A DNA stretch of 60,282 nt, the filler included, from Rhizaria sp. SCN 62-66 (lineage: Eukaryota), in NCBI GenBank assembly GCA_001724265.1. It is 6 parts of 6 records of this genome, joined end to end, with 100 filler letters (N's around TTAATTAATTAA, not from the genome) between each part and the next. Parts side by side here need not be neighbours in the genome. Positions count along the whole stretch, not along the records: positions 1 to 9,853 come from MEDY01000585.1; positions 9,954 to 18,295 come from MEDY01000587.1; 4 more parts are not named here. One strand, written 5' to 3'. The translations under genes and the position numbers were made by a program. The notes under the pieces are model-generated. The model did not search any database and had not been told where the DNA came from. It saw only the letters and a list, made by a program, of their open reading frames with translations. Positions 1 to 11,241 of this stretch are shown here, piece by piece. Position 1 is the first letter of the stretch; every line of letters begins with the position of its first letter.

Positions 1-1
1 C

Positions 2-1182
2 CGCGGCCCCCGCCCCGCCCGCGCCGTCCCCGGCCGGGGCAGCCGCGGCAGCTGCGGCGGCCGCGGCGGCCGCGGCGGCGGCGGCGGTGCGGCCGAGCGC
101 GCGCTGGCGGCGGGACGTGGTCGCCACATAGGCGTGTCTAGCCCGAGAGCCGTAGCCGTCGCCGTAGCCGTCGTCGGCGTCGCCGCCCTCCCCGTGACCG
201 TGGTTATGGCCGTGGTGGTGGCTGCTGCGGCCATGGCCGTGATGGAAACCGCCTGCGGAGCCAGCCGTGTCGTCGTTTTCGTCGTCGTCATAGCCACCGT
301 AGCCAGTGCTGTTGTTGTAGCCGTAGCTGTCGCCGTCGTTGCCTTGCTGTGTCGAGGATGCTGCTGCGTTATTGTTATGGTTGTTGGCATTGCCACCGTC
401 GTGGCCGTCATCATACATACCAGAGCCAGCATTCGCATTGTGCGTGTTGTAGGCGTTGGTGGCACCGGGGCGACGCCGCTTGACTTGCGGATACACATCT
501 CCGTTACTGCCGTTCGCGTTGTTCTGGTTAGCTGATGCGGAGTTGTTGCTGTGCGGCAGCTGCGAATGTGACGTCGCCGTGCTGTGGTTATCATCCTCGT
601 CGTCATCCTCGTTGTCGTCGTTGTCGTCCTCCCCATCCAGGCCGTTCGAGCTGGTGTTATGAGCGCCATTGTTGTTGTAGTGGCCGCCACTGGTGAGCGC
701 CGCGGACAGCGCCGCGGGCATCGCGCCCGGCACGTCAGGCCCTGGCAGCTCGCCCCGCATCCGCTTGGCCGAGATGTCAACGAACAGCTGAATCAGCCGC
801 TTGTCGACGTCGCGGCGCGGGAGTGGGGGGAGACGAAACCGCACCCAGTCCTCGATGGTCGCGACGGGCACGTTGAGCTGCGCCGCCATCGACTCAAGCG
901 TGAGGCCCAGGTATGTGGCCTGCGTGCGGATGGCTAAAACAAACGCCGAGTCTCGCTCCAGCGCCCATCGCCGCAGGCAGTCGATGTGGGCGTCCTTGGT
1001 GTGGCGGTATTTGCCCTTAAGCATGGGCGACAGGGTGGATCCCGAGAAGCCGAGCTGGCGCGCGAGCTGCTTCTGCCGCAGCTTGTCGCGGACCAGGATG
1101 TCGCGCACGCGCTGGATCACCTCGGACATCGAGAAGGCGTCGTATGCACACGCGATGCGCGGCTCACCACCGGCGCCGACGA

Positions 1183-1231
<49 letters not shown>

Positions 1232-1682
1232 TTGTTGTTGTTGTTGTTGTTGTTGTGGGGATGCCATACCGTGACCGTGGCCGTGGCCGTGGCCGTGGCC
1301 GCTGGCGACAGAGAGGGCAGAGGGGGAGGCGGCGCCTGACCCAGGGGCACTGTGGCCGGCGCTAACAGCGGCGGCGGCAGCGGCGGCGGAAGCGGCTGAG
1401 GCAGAGGGCCGGATGCCACGAGGACCAACAGCGGTAAGCTGTGCGTTGACGTTGTGAGAGTTGGGCATTGCATTATGGCGACGCGCGCTGTTGTTGGCAT
1501 TGGCACGCGCAGCGGCGGCGGCGGCGGTGGCGGCGGAGTTGATAAGAGTGCCTTTGCCGCCCTTGCCGCGGCCTACGACCGTGCGACCGCCGCCGTGGCT
1601 GACGGCATTCACAGCATGTGCGTACATTTGCTTATTGTTGCTGTTGTTGTTGCCGTTGGGACCCCGTTTCGTCCCATTGCCC

Positions 1683-1717
<35 letters not shown>

Positions 1718-2417
1718 GCGCAGAGTGTTATTAGAGTGAAAGCTGTCGTCGTCGCCATCATCGTGAACCCCGTCGTCGTTGACGCCGTTGTCGTCATAGC
1801 CGTTGCTGCCATAGCCAGCATCGTCGCCGCCGCCGTCATCGTAGTTATTATTGCCGTCGTCGTCATCGTCGTCGTTGCCGTCCATGCCATCGCCGTTGCC
1901 GTAGTGGCCGCCGATACCCGTGCCATCGTCCTCGTCGTCGACGTCGTCGTTCGCCAGCATAGCACCACTCCCACCGCCACCGCCGCCGCCGCCGCGAGCG
2001 TGGTTGCTGTGTGCGAAATAGGCAGGCGTCATATTCCCGCCGCCGGTGCCCGAAACCGAGCTACGGCCGCTGCCTGGCCCCACGCTGGCGCTGCCGCTGC
2101 CACTGCCTCGCGCCAGGGCTAGGGCTGGGCTGCCGACGAAGCCGAGGACGCCGTACTGCGCGCCGGCGCCGTAGCCGCCGCCAGGGCCGCGGGCGCCGGG
2201 GAGGCCGCTGCCCGGGTTGAGGGCGGAGTCGGCGTCGGCGAGGTCGTCGCCGTTGGCGATGGTGTTGGCAGGGTCGCTTGAGTCGTCGTCTGTCATACCA
2301 TTGCCGTTGCCGCTGCTGTTGCCGTTGAGGGTGTGTGAGCTGTTGTTGCTGGTAATGGCGACTGTGAGCAGACGACTCGCATGCACGCTCCTGCCCTGTC
2401 CCTGTCCCTGCCCTTGC

Positions 2418-2460
<43 letters not shown>

Positions 2461-4223
2461 GCAGCTGTTGTTGTTGCTGGCGGCGGCCGTACGCGGCGCC
2501 GGCAGTTAGGCCCAATAACTGCTGTTGTTGCTGCTGCTGGTGCTGCTGGGAGCGAGCTTGCTGTTGCTGCTGCTTGACACGAGCCTGCTGCTGCTGGTGG
2601 TGCTGCTGCTGTTGCTGCTGCAGCTGAAGCTGATGCTGTTGCAACTGCTGCTGTTGCTGTTGCAGGAGCAGTAGCAATTGCTGCTGCTGCTGCGGCGTCA
2701 AAGCTAAGTTGCTGTTGTTGCTGTTGCTGCTTGTGAGATTGCTGAGGATGGAGCTCGCTGCACTGGTGTTGATCGCGCTCAACGCAAGGTTGTTGCTGTT
2801 GCTGTTGTTGTTGTTGCTGTTGCTGCTGCTGTTGTTGCGCAGTAAGCTGCCGCCGTGCGCGTTACTGTTGCTACCCACCATCGCCCCTTGCTGCTGCTGC
2901 TGCTGCTGTTGCTGTTGCATCGCCCAACCACCGGTGGCTCCACTGCTGCTGCCGCTGAGAGTGGGCAGCGAAGTCAAAGCAGCCAGCGTTGATCCGCTGC
3001 TGCCGTTGCCGCCGCTGCCGTTGCTACCAGAGAAGGGCGCTGGGGTCGGGGCAAAGGCCGGCGTAGCGGCCGTGGCAGCGGGCGTGACGCCGAAGCCGTA
3101 CAAGGTGCCGACTGAGCCCGCGCTGTTGATGCTGCTGATGACGGCGCTGTTAAGCAGCGCCGCGCTGGCCGGCAAGCTGCTGCCGCCGCCGCCGGCCGAG
3201 GTGGGTGTCACAGAGCCCCCCGCGGCAGCAGCGGCAGCAGCGGCGGCCGAGGAGGTGAGAGAGGAGGTCGCGGACGCGCTCGGGGGCGCCGAGCCGGAGT
3301 GGCTGCTGAGGGCTGCCGGGGTGGCCACGCCGTAGCCACTCAAGCCGCTGCCGCCGTTGTTGCTGCTGTTGCTGTTGGCGGTGTTGCCGGCGGTGGCTGC
3401 GCCCCAGTGGCCGATGTTCGGCGTCGGAGCCGTGAGGATAGACGGGGTGACGGCGCCGCTCGCGGTGCCGCTCGCAGTGCCCGTGCCTGAGACCGATCCA
3501 AGACCAATGCCAATCCCCCCATGACCGTGGCCGTGGCCATGACCGTGAGAGTGACCGTGGCCGTGGCTGCTGCGGCGGCTGCTCACCCCACTCGCGAGCT
3601 GGCTTAGGTGGCCACCGCCGAGGTGACCGATCGTGAGATCGCCCCCCACGGGGCCGGAGGGCGTCACGTTGCCAGACACAGACCCGCCGCCGGAAGCCAA
3701 GCCGCCGCCGGTGGTGTTGAAGCCGTGGCCGGCGCCCGCCGCGCCAGCGCTCGCGACCGCGGCGGCTGCGTTTGTGGTGGCACGGAGAGATAGCAAGGCG
3801 GCGGCAGAGCTCAGGGGCAAACCAGTACTACCAGTCGGGTTGTTGTTAGCGGAGCTAGTGCCGAGGCCGAGGCCGCCGAGGCCGCCAAAGGCGGAGGCAG
3901 GAAACGGAGAGCCTGAGCCCAGACCCCCAGTCGCAGAGCCAGGGCCAGGGCCAACGGCGCTGCTGCTGCTGCTGTTGCTGCTGCTGGTGGCGAGGGGGTA
4001 AGTGGGCGACCTGGTGGCCAGACCAAGCCCCGCTGCCGCCGCTGCCGCCGCCGCCGCTGCAGAGGCGCCGCCGCCGAGGGGGGCGGGGCCGAGTGCCTGC
4101 TGCTGCTGCTGCTGCTGCTGTTGCTGTTGCTGCTGTTGGGCGAGGGAGACTGGTTGGGGGCCGAGGTTCGAGGTGGCGACAGTAAGGCCGAAGCGGGACG
4201 ACAGCGTCGATAACAGCGAGCCC

Positions 4224-4256
<33 letters not shown>

Positions 4257-4480
4257 ATGCCGAGGCCGAGGCCGAGACCGAGGCCGGCAGCAGCCGAGTG
4301 ACCGTGACCATGTCCGTGACCATGACTATGGGCGAGAGAGGTACCGTGAGCGAGAGCACCGAGGCCGCCGCCGACGCCAGTCAAGGCAGAGCCAGAGACA
4401 GGGCCAGCGTTGACGTTAGCAGAGGGCGGCGGCTGCCCCTGCTGCTGCTGCTGCTGCTGCTGCTGTTGGAGCTGCGACAT
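2..4480 (-). CDS. Large Q/H/G/A-rich putative transcription factor with two tandem lambda-repressor-like (Cro/C1, XRE) HTH motifs; 3' end runs off the window
   Basis: ATG at 4480 in a GCCATG context (MSQLQQQQ...). I found no stop in this frame down to the window start, which explains its absence from the ORF track. Around 800-1165 it reads EVIQRVRDILVRDKLRQKQLARQLGFSGSTLSPMLKGKY...AIRTQATYLGLTLESMAAQLNVPVATIEDWVRFR. Confidence 0.8.
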
Positions 4481-5441
4481 GGCAACAGTTGTGCTGGGAG
4501 GGACACGTGAGCAGCGATGAGACGCGACAGCTGAGCAGTCGTTTCAACAGCGACACGTGGCGTCCGTGCGGGCGGGCGGAGGCGCGGGTGCAGCAGACTC
4601 ACCGGATACAGACGACGTGAGGGAGCGCGAAAGCGAGATCAGTTGGTTAGTCTCGGTCTGGAGGTGGGGCCCTCGAGAGGCGGACGGGGGCTGTGCTGCA
4701 GGAACAATGCAGGTGGATCTTAAACTAGCAAGGATAGAACCTTAAAATGGTAAGGTTTGTCTGCGTAAGGGAATAAAAAGATAACGCGATTGGTTTGTGA
4801 GCGTAAACGTGCGATTCGCGGGCGATGCCGAGGCAATGGGGAGCAGAAGGGGTGACAGCAGGGGGTTTCCTGCCGCACGCAATAAAACGACACCATTAAG
4901 AAACAAAACAATGGGACCAGGAAGAAGCGACTTGTTGCAGCAGAATTGCGCAAAAGCATCACTGGAATAATGAGAGACGAGAACAGGAGAAGGGCGCGAA
5001 GTGGAAAGACCGCGCGTGGAGCAGGCGACCGCTCGATGACCGGCGGGAAGAGCGCGATCAAACGCCGGTATGGCCCGAGGCGTCGGAAACAAACCAATAC
5101 AAAGCGGAGCACGGAGTTGTTCGCGCTATACTTTAAATTGCCTGTTCGTGACGGTCGTTCTAGCGTGGGAATGCGGTCGTTTTGGGTCACTTTCGAGAGT
5201 AAACGACCGTGGGCCCCCGTCCAATCCGGCCACAGGGCGCTTTCGCCAAGCAACGTGACACCAGCGATACGGGCCGTTGATAACATTGAAAACGTGTTAG
5301 TGACTATTTATCATATCACTTTCCCCTTCAATTTCTAATTAAATCACTGCAGGAACTTGTTTACACCAGTTCCCAGTTTCCCTTCTCGCCAGCCCAGTGC
5401 CAGTGTGAGACTGCAGAGCCATCACTCTTCTCAGCAGCCCT

Positions 5442-7439
5442 ATGTCTCACTTACCATCGCTGCCGATGCTGCCCGTCGCTGCCGCCGGCTACGACCGCGA
5501 GCTGATCCGCTTCGTGCCGCAGTGCGATGACTGGGACTGCGGCGTCGCGTGTGTGGCGATGGCCCTGTCCCCACTCCTGCCCACGGTCACTCTCCAACAG
5601 GTCGCAACGGCGCTCAACACAGAGGTACGATGTCTCACCCTTTTAATTCAGCCTTTTACCAAAAAACGTATTTTTCATATTTTCGCATTATATCTCACTT
5701 TCAACCTGTTTGGCTTTTATTCCACTGCTTTTTACCCTCTTTTGTGTCCGCCCTAGAGCGTGTGGACAGCCGACCTCGCCCTGGCTCTCTCCAACCTGCT
5801 CCCTAGCCCCACAAAACCGTCCAACGACCCCAATGACGACGCTAACGACACAGCAAACACACAGCCGCTGCCTCTGCGCGCGTTTTCGCTTGTTTAGGAG
5901 ATCAACGCGGATTTGCAGGCCGATAAGTTCTACGAGAAGGACTGGGACGCAGACCAGCACAGGCTCGCTGCTACGGTGCTGCCCGCACTCAAACAGAGAG
6001 GGATTGGGCTTTATACCGACGAACACGTCTGCTGCGGTGACAACAACAGCACGACTGACAAGAGGACACCCAGTGACAACAATAGTAACAGTCTCCATGG
6101 TCAGAGCGACCGCGCGGGAACACGTGACAGCTTAACTTCTGTCGAGGACGACGGCGGCCACTTGTTGAGCGCGCCGGTGCCAGTGCAGCTGTTGCGCGCG
6201 CTGGGCCGGGCGCAACGGCTCAAGAAGCACACTGAGCGGGGAGGCGTTGCGATCCTGCTTGTGGACGCGAATGTGCTCTATAATGACGACATAAGTGATG
6301 ACAAAAACAACAACAACGGCGATGATGATGACGAGGACACGAGTTACGATGGTGAGGATGAGGATGCTGAGACTGAGACTGGTAAGCCTGAGACTGATGC
6401 GGCGGAGGATGAAGCGGAGAAGCGTCGGGAAAAGCATTACGGCGGTGTCTCTGACGACAACGAGGACGATAATGATACTGTTGAGGACGAGGATGAGAGT
6501 GATAGCGATGACTATGCCGGTCATTTCATCTTAGTCTTCAACATCACGACGCTTAACACAGTGCAAAACACAATCGACCGGCTTAACAAAGAGAAAAACA
6601 ACACCGCTAGTGGTGGTGGCTCTATCAGTGAGAATAAGAGTGATCCTAGCAACACTGCGATAACTGCTGCTCAGTGTGTGCATGTCAGTATCGAAGGCGC
6701 CAATGGCACTTACACGTCTTTGAAGGAGGCACTTGAGGCGTCCCCTTTAGTCGACGACTGGGTGTGGTACTTAGACCCCTCCGACGTGCCCACGGTCACT
6801 CTCAGTGGCAAGGATCTAAGTACTGTCTCACTCAGCACTGGCCGTGGCGCTCACAGTCATTCTGCTCACAGTCACTCTGCCCACGGTTCTTCTGCCCACG
6901 GTCCCTCTGCCCACGGTCCCGGTTACAGCTGTTGCGCCACAAAGGACTCGGCGCAACATGTCCCCAGTCCTGACGGTGATGACTCCGACTCAGATTCTAA
7001 CTCCGACTGTGCCACTGGCACTGGCGCTGGCGCTGCTACTGGCTCTGGCTCCGGTCACACTGCTAAGAACCCGGCTGAAAACCCGGCTGAGAACACTGGT
7101 GAAGCTGATAATGCTTCGGCCATCGACGCCCGCAGTGTGTTGTGGCGGACGCTGATGAAGATCACAGGGGGCGACGCCGAGTCCGCGCCGCCGCCGCTCT
7201 CTGCACACGCCGCACTGGCCACTAACAACAACAGCAACACCAATCACAACAACAGCAGTTGCAGCAGCAGTAACCCGAGTTTGACTGGGAGCGGGCCAGA
7301 GGCAGCTGCAGCAACAATGACCACGACTGCGACGCATTTCGCCCCGATGCTGCTGCCGCTGAAGCGGGTCACACTGGCGCAATTGGAGCTGGCGCGCGCT
7401 GTCAAGGGCACCGATTTCGATAGCATTTACATTGGCTAA
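5442..7439 (+). CDS. GUCD1: GUCD1-like protein (peptidase C39-like fold); exons 5442-5624 and 5757-7439; in-frame TAG at 5895-5897
   Basis: Motifs VPQCDDWDCGVACVAMAL, SVWTADLA, KFYEK, AILLVD, DYAGHFILV, WYLDP and ARAVKGTDFDSIYI match the GUCD1 family in order. GT-AG intron at 5625-5756. Ends in TAA. Confidence 0.85.
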
Positions 7440-8608
7440 ACAAGGTGCTGCTAGCAAACAAGCACTAAATTGCTCATGTCATGTTCCTTAGTCTTCTATA
7501 CGTATTAGATGTGCCTTCAAGCCGCTTTGTTGAGTTCTACAGCTCAGGCAACGCGTTGTGTAGTTGTGCAAGTGTTCGACCTGCTGATGGCTGAGGACTG
7601 CACTCGCGGCGGCGACTACAGCCCCGCGTTGCGCGAGCTGTTGCTGACGCACGCAGCCCCCGAGTGCAGCGGCATGTTCTCGGCCTCTGAGTTCCAGCAC
7701 CGGCTCCAGCTCATCAAGGCCGGGGACTCTGCCTGACGACGCGGGGCCGAGGACGTGGCGCGCTTTGCTCATTAAAGACGGCTGGAAAGAGGCCTTTGAC
7801 GCGTTTATTGCGCGTGATATTGAGAAACACGGCTTTTGACGACGCTTGGTGATGGATTTTGAACCCATAAACACATCTAAGTCACATCATATATTTTTGC
7901 GCCTGTGCCCGTGTTGGCCTACGGTGCGCCATCCCTGCCGGCGTAGTTTCTAATGCGCAGGCGCATACGCCATACCATATTATACAGAGCGCACTGACTA
8001 TCTACATGCCTTATCTTAATGGAATGATAACGGGCTTGACTGGTTGCCCATAGCGTGTTACATCCAAATATATCTGGTTTTGTACAGTACGGTCATCGTA
8101 GTCTGTTTTATGCTATAATTATGTTCAACCTGGCAGCTCGCTCGCCGCGCCGCGACCCCGCGCTGAGTGTCGCCAACGCGCAGGTAGCACGTTGCGCAAA
8201 AGTGATGGATTTGTTTTGTCTCATTGACAGTTGCGAAAACAGCAGTCTCGTGGGATGACACTTCGAACCGTCACACTGTAATAGTCACAAGGGCAACTAT
8301 ATTTTTGTTTTGTTTTGTTACTCGCTAAACTTAACACCTGATACGTACTACCTCATGTCAAATCTTGTACATCGATCTTCTTTGTATTTGATCTTGAATC
8401 AATTCAAAAATACTTACAACGATACAGAAAACAAAACCAAACCATAATCATAAACACACAAAAACACACTAAAGTCATGATTTCATCAACAATACGCATG
8501 GGCACACGTTGTGTGCCTGCGCGAATCTTTCAATGACAACAACAACAAAAAAACAACAACACGCCTATGCGTCACATTTGCACATGATACAACAAAGTTG
8601 GCGTGCAT

Positions 8609-8925
8609 TTACTGCTGTCCGCCGTTCTTGATGACCTGCGCAAGCTCCTTCGCGGCTGCCGCGACCTTGGCATCTGCGCTGGCGCTCCAGTCGGCCGCCA
8701 TATCGCCGACGCCCATAGCCTGCACGAACTCGTGCAGCGACACGGCGCCGTCGCTGTTGCCGCCGCCGCCGCCGCCGCCGCTGCCGTCGTCGCCGTCCGC
8801 GCCGACAATGAGCGTGCCGACGACGACGATGATGCGGTAGAGGATTGCCGCGCTGCCCGCGCTGGTGCCGTCGGCGCCGACGCCCGCGGCGAGCGCCTTA
8901 ACGACGACATTGAGCAAGTAAATCG
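8609..8925 (-). CDS. C-terminal fragment resembling the end of a PUL (PLAA/Doa1-type ARM) domain
   Basis: AILYRIIVVVGTLI...KVAAAAKELAQVI* with host-like high-GC codons. No start or splice acceptor is visible; it abuts the Sel1 segment out of frame. Confidence 0.4.
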
Positions 8926-9853
8926 TTTTGCAGCAAAGCTTTGGCGTCTCGCAAATTACGCTTAACGCCCCATCCTTCAGTCACACATTTAGCGAGCCAG
9001 TAGATGGCCTCGTCGTTGCCCGTCCGATTCACGATATCCTGCAGCATACGGGGATAGGCTCGGTCACAGGAGGCACGTTCTTCAAGCTTAAGGCTCCAGA
9101 GTCGTCCGAAGACGGTTGCCGAATAATGGGCGGGTTGGCAGACGTTGCGAAGTCTGTGTCGCTAACAGAGAGCTGCGGAGGAGGCGGACTGCGGCCAAGA
9201 ATCTTTAGCATGAAGTCGCGAGCGGCACGTTCATCGCTGGGAAGTCCGTCGATCTTCTCGCGGACAGCATCGATGTGTGGCCGGTTGTTGCTTTTAGCGT
9301 CCCAGCAGTTACGAATTAACTCAATCAGCTCCGGCATTGGCTCCGTGCCTGGCAGGAACGCGTCATTCTTCACGCCGTCAAAGTCACTAATATCAACTGC
9401 GGGCCGTGCACCTCCGAGCACTGACGTCGCAACCAAGTGGGAAGGCAGGCTGTTAAAAGGCGTAATACCAAACGCAATCTCGTACAGAGTCATGCCCAGC
9501 GCATAGACGTCTGATTTCGCCGTCTGCCGGGAGGTCAGGTTCAACAGCTCTGGTGCCATCCATCCCACCGTACCCGTATTTGACGAGACTATCGCGCGCA
9601 TGTGAAACGAGAAGATAATCAATCAAAAGGTGAGAGAAAGTTAAATAACACAAAATCAGTATTGGATATGTTTTTTTGTTATCAGAAAATTGAAATTAAT
9701 TCGTCAATATTGAACGTACCAGGGCTCACTTCCAGACTCTTCGCGGTCTCGTGGAGCTTCGAGTTGCCAAAGTCGGACACCTTGACGCTCGGACGAGTAT
9801 CCTGAGCCTCCACGCCCCAGACAAAGTTGAGCGCTTTGAGGTCACCGTGTACA
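8898..9853 (-). pseudogene. Partial TKL-type protein kinase followed by a frameshifted Sel1-like repeat (pseudogene or assembly chimera)
   Basis: VHGDLKALN, VSDFG (exon 9853-9720), intron 9719-9589, then GTVGWMAPE, SDVYALG, CW...RP. After a frame change near 9045: NDEAIYWLAKCVTEGWGVKRNLRDAKALLQ. Truncated 5' by the contig end. Confidence 0.7.
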
Positions 9854-9953
9854 NNNNNNNNNNNNNNNNNNNNNNNNNNNNNNNNNNNNNNNNNNNNTTA
9901 ATTAATTAANNNNNNNNNNNNNNNNNNNNNNNNNNNNNNNNNNNNNNNNNNNN
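9854..9953. other. Artificial contig linker
   Basis: 44 N + TTAATTAATTAA (stops in all six frames) + 44 N. Confidence 0.98.
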
Positions 9954-10878
9954 GCTTTGACGATTATTTCACAGAGATTTCTATTGTGGAAGTTACCTGC
10001 CGAAAACTGCGTTTTTGGCGTTTTTTAGTTGACGCTACATAGGGGTTATATAAGACGAGTGTAGAAGCTGACTGATGGCCGGGGCAGTGTGATGACTGGT
10101 CAGCGACGGTGACAGTGTGACAGTAATGGTATCATGACTGCGGGACTGAATGTGTGACTGTGACATCGGAGGACACAGTAGTGACAACAGTAAACGCTTT
10201 AAACGACATGTGGCAGTATATAGAATCTGCAATCAAAACATGGCAGGAATCTACAGAAGATGATAGGCGGCAACATAAAGCGGATACTTTACACTCACTA
10301 ACAAATCAGATTGGGTGGATCCAAAAACGAAGGAAAGAGGAGTTTTGAATTGAAGAAGAAGGAACAAGACAAACTCGTTATGCAAAAATACGTTGTGCGA
10401 TGACGAGTATTAAATATTGCATTTAGCCAAAAACAAAACAAAAGACCAACGACGCCTTTTGACGAATGAAAAGAAAACGAAACTAAAAATTAAAAAAAAA
10501 AAACCGCAACCGCAATTCAATTCATTGAATTTGAATGCGACGCGACTCAAATGTAGTAACGAGGGCACTGGTCGTGTCGTGCAACAACAAGAAATGTGTT
10601 AGCGCACAAGATCACACCACCACGATGCAACTCTAGATGAAACAAACACACGGCAAGCCAAGAAAAACGAATGGCGATGCAGAGAAAATAACAATAAAAC
10701 ATCAAAACGAACATGAAAAATGAAAGAGACAAAGCCAAACAGAACAGAACAGAACAGAACAAAGCAAGACAAAGAAAATGAAATAAAACACGCAACGCAA
10801 ATAAGCGACATCCTTGATGATCACCGCCACTTATTGCGTGCCTCTCACTTGTTTAAACGTGCTGACTAATTTACTCAC

Positions 10879-11169
10879 TTACTGGTGGCCGCCGCCGCCG
10901 CCGCCCTGGGCGTTGTGGCGGGGCGGGCCACCACGGTGGTGGTGGTGTTGATTGCGGCCACGGCCGCCCTGGCCCTGGCCCTGACCCTGACCCTGGCCCT
11001 GTTGCGGCTGCTGTTGCTGCTGCTGTTGCTGATGCTGCGGCTGCTGACCCTGCTGATACTGCGGCGGCTGGTGCTGCGGTGGTTGCTGCTGGTGCTGCGG
11101 CTGCGGTTGTGGTTGATGCTTGTTGTGCTTGGGGCCACGATGCTGCTGTTGCTGTGGCTGTTGCAACTG

Positions 11170-11241
<72 letters not shown>

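Noticed and set aside
134-4510. Numerous plus-strand ORFs rich in poly-L, poly-C, poly-V or poly-A (also opposite the helicase and CXC genes)
   Set aside because: Antisense or alternate-frame shadows of GC-rich trinucleotide-repeat coding sequence.
7509-7736. 75-aa ORF with coding-like 3' half after GUCD1
   Set aside because: No recognisable domain or convincing start; possibly a gene fragment.
9898-9909. Palindromic TTAATTAATTAA repeated five times in the window
   Set aside because: Always centred in 44+44 Ns. It is an artificial six-frame stop linker, so adjacency across linkers has no biological meaning.
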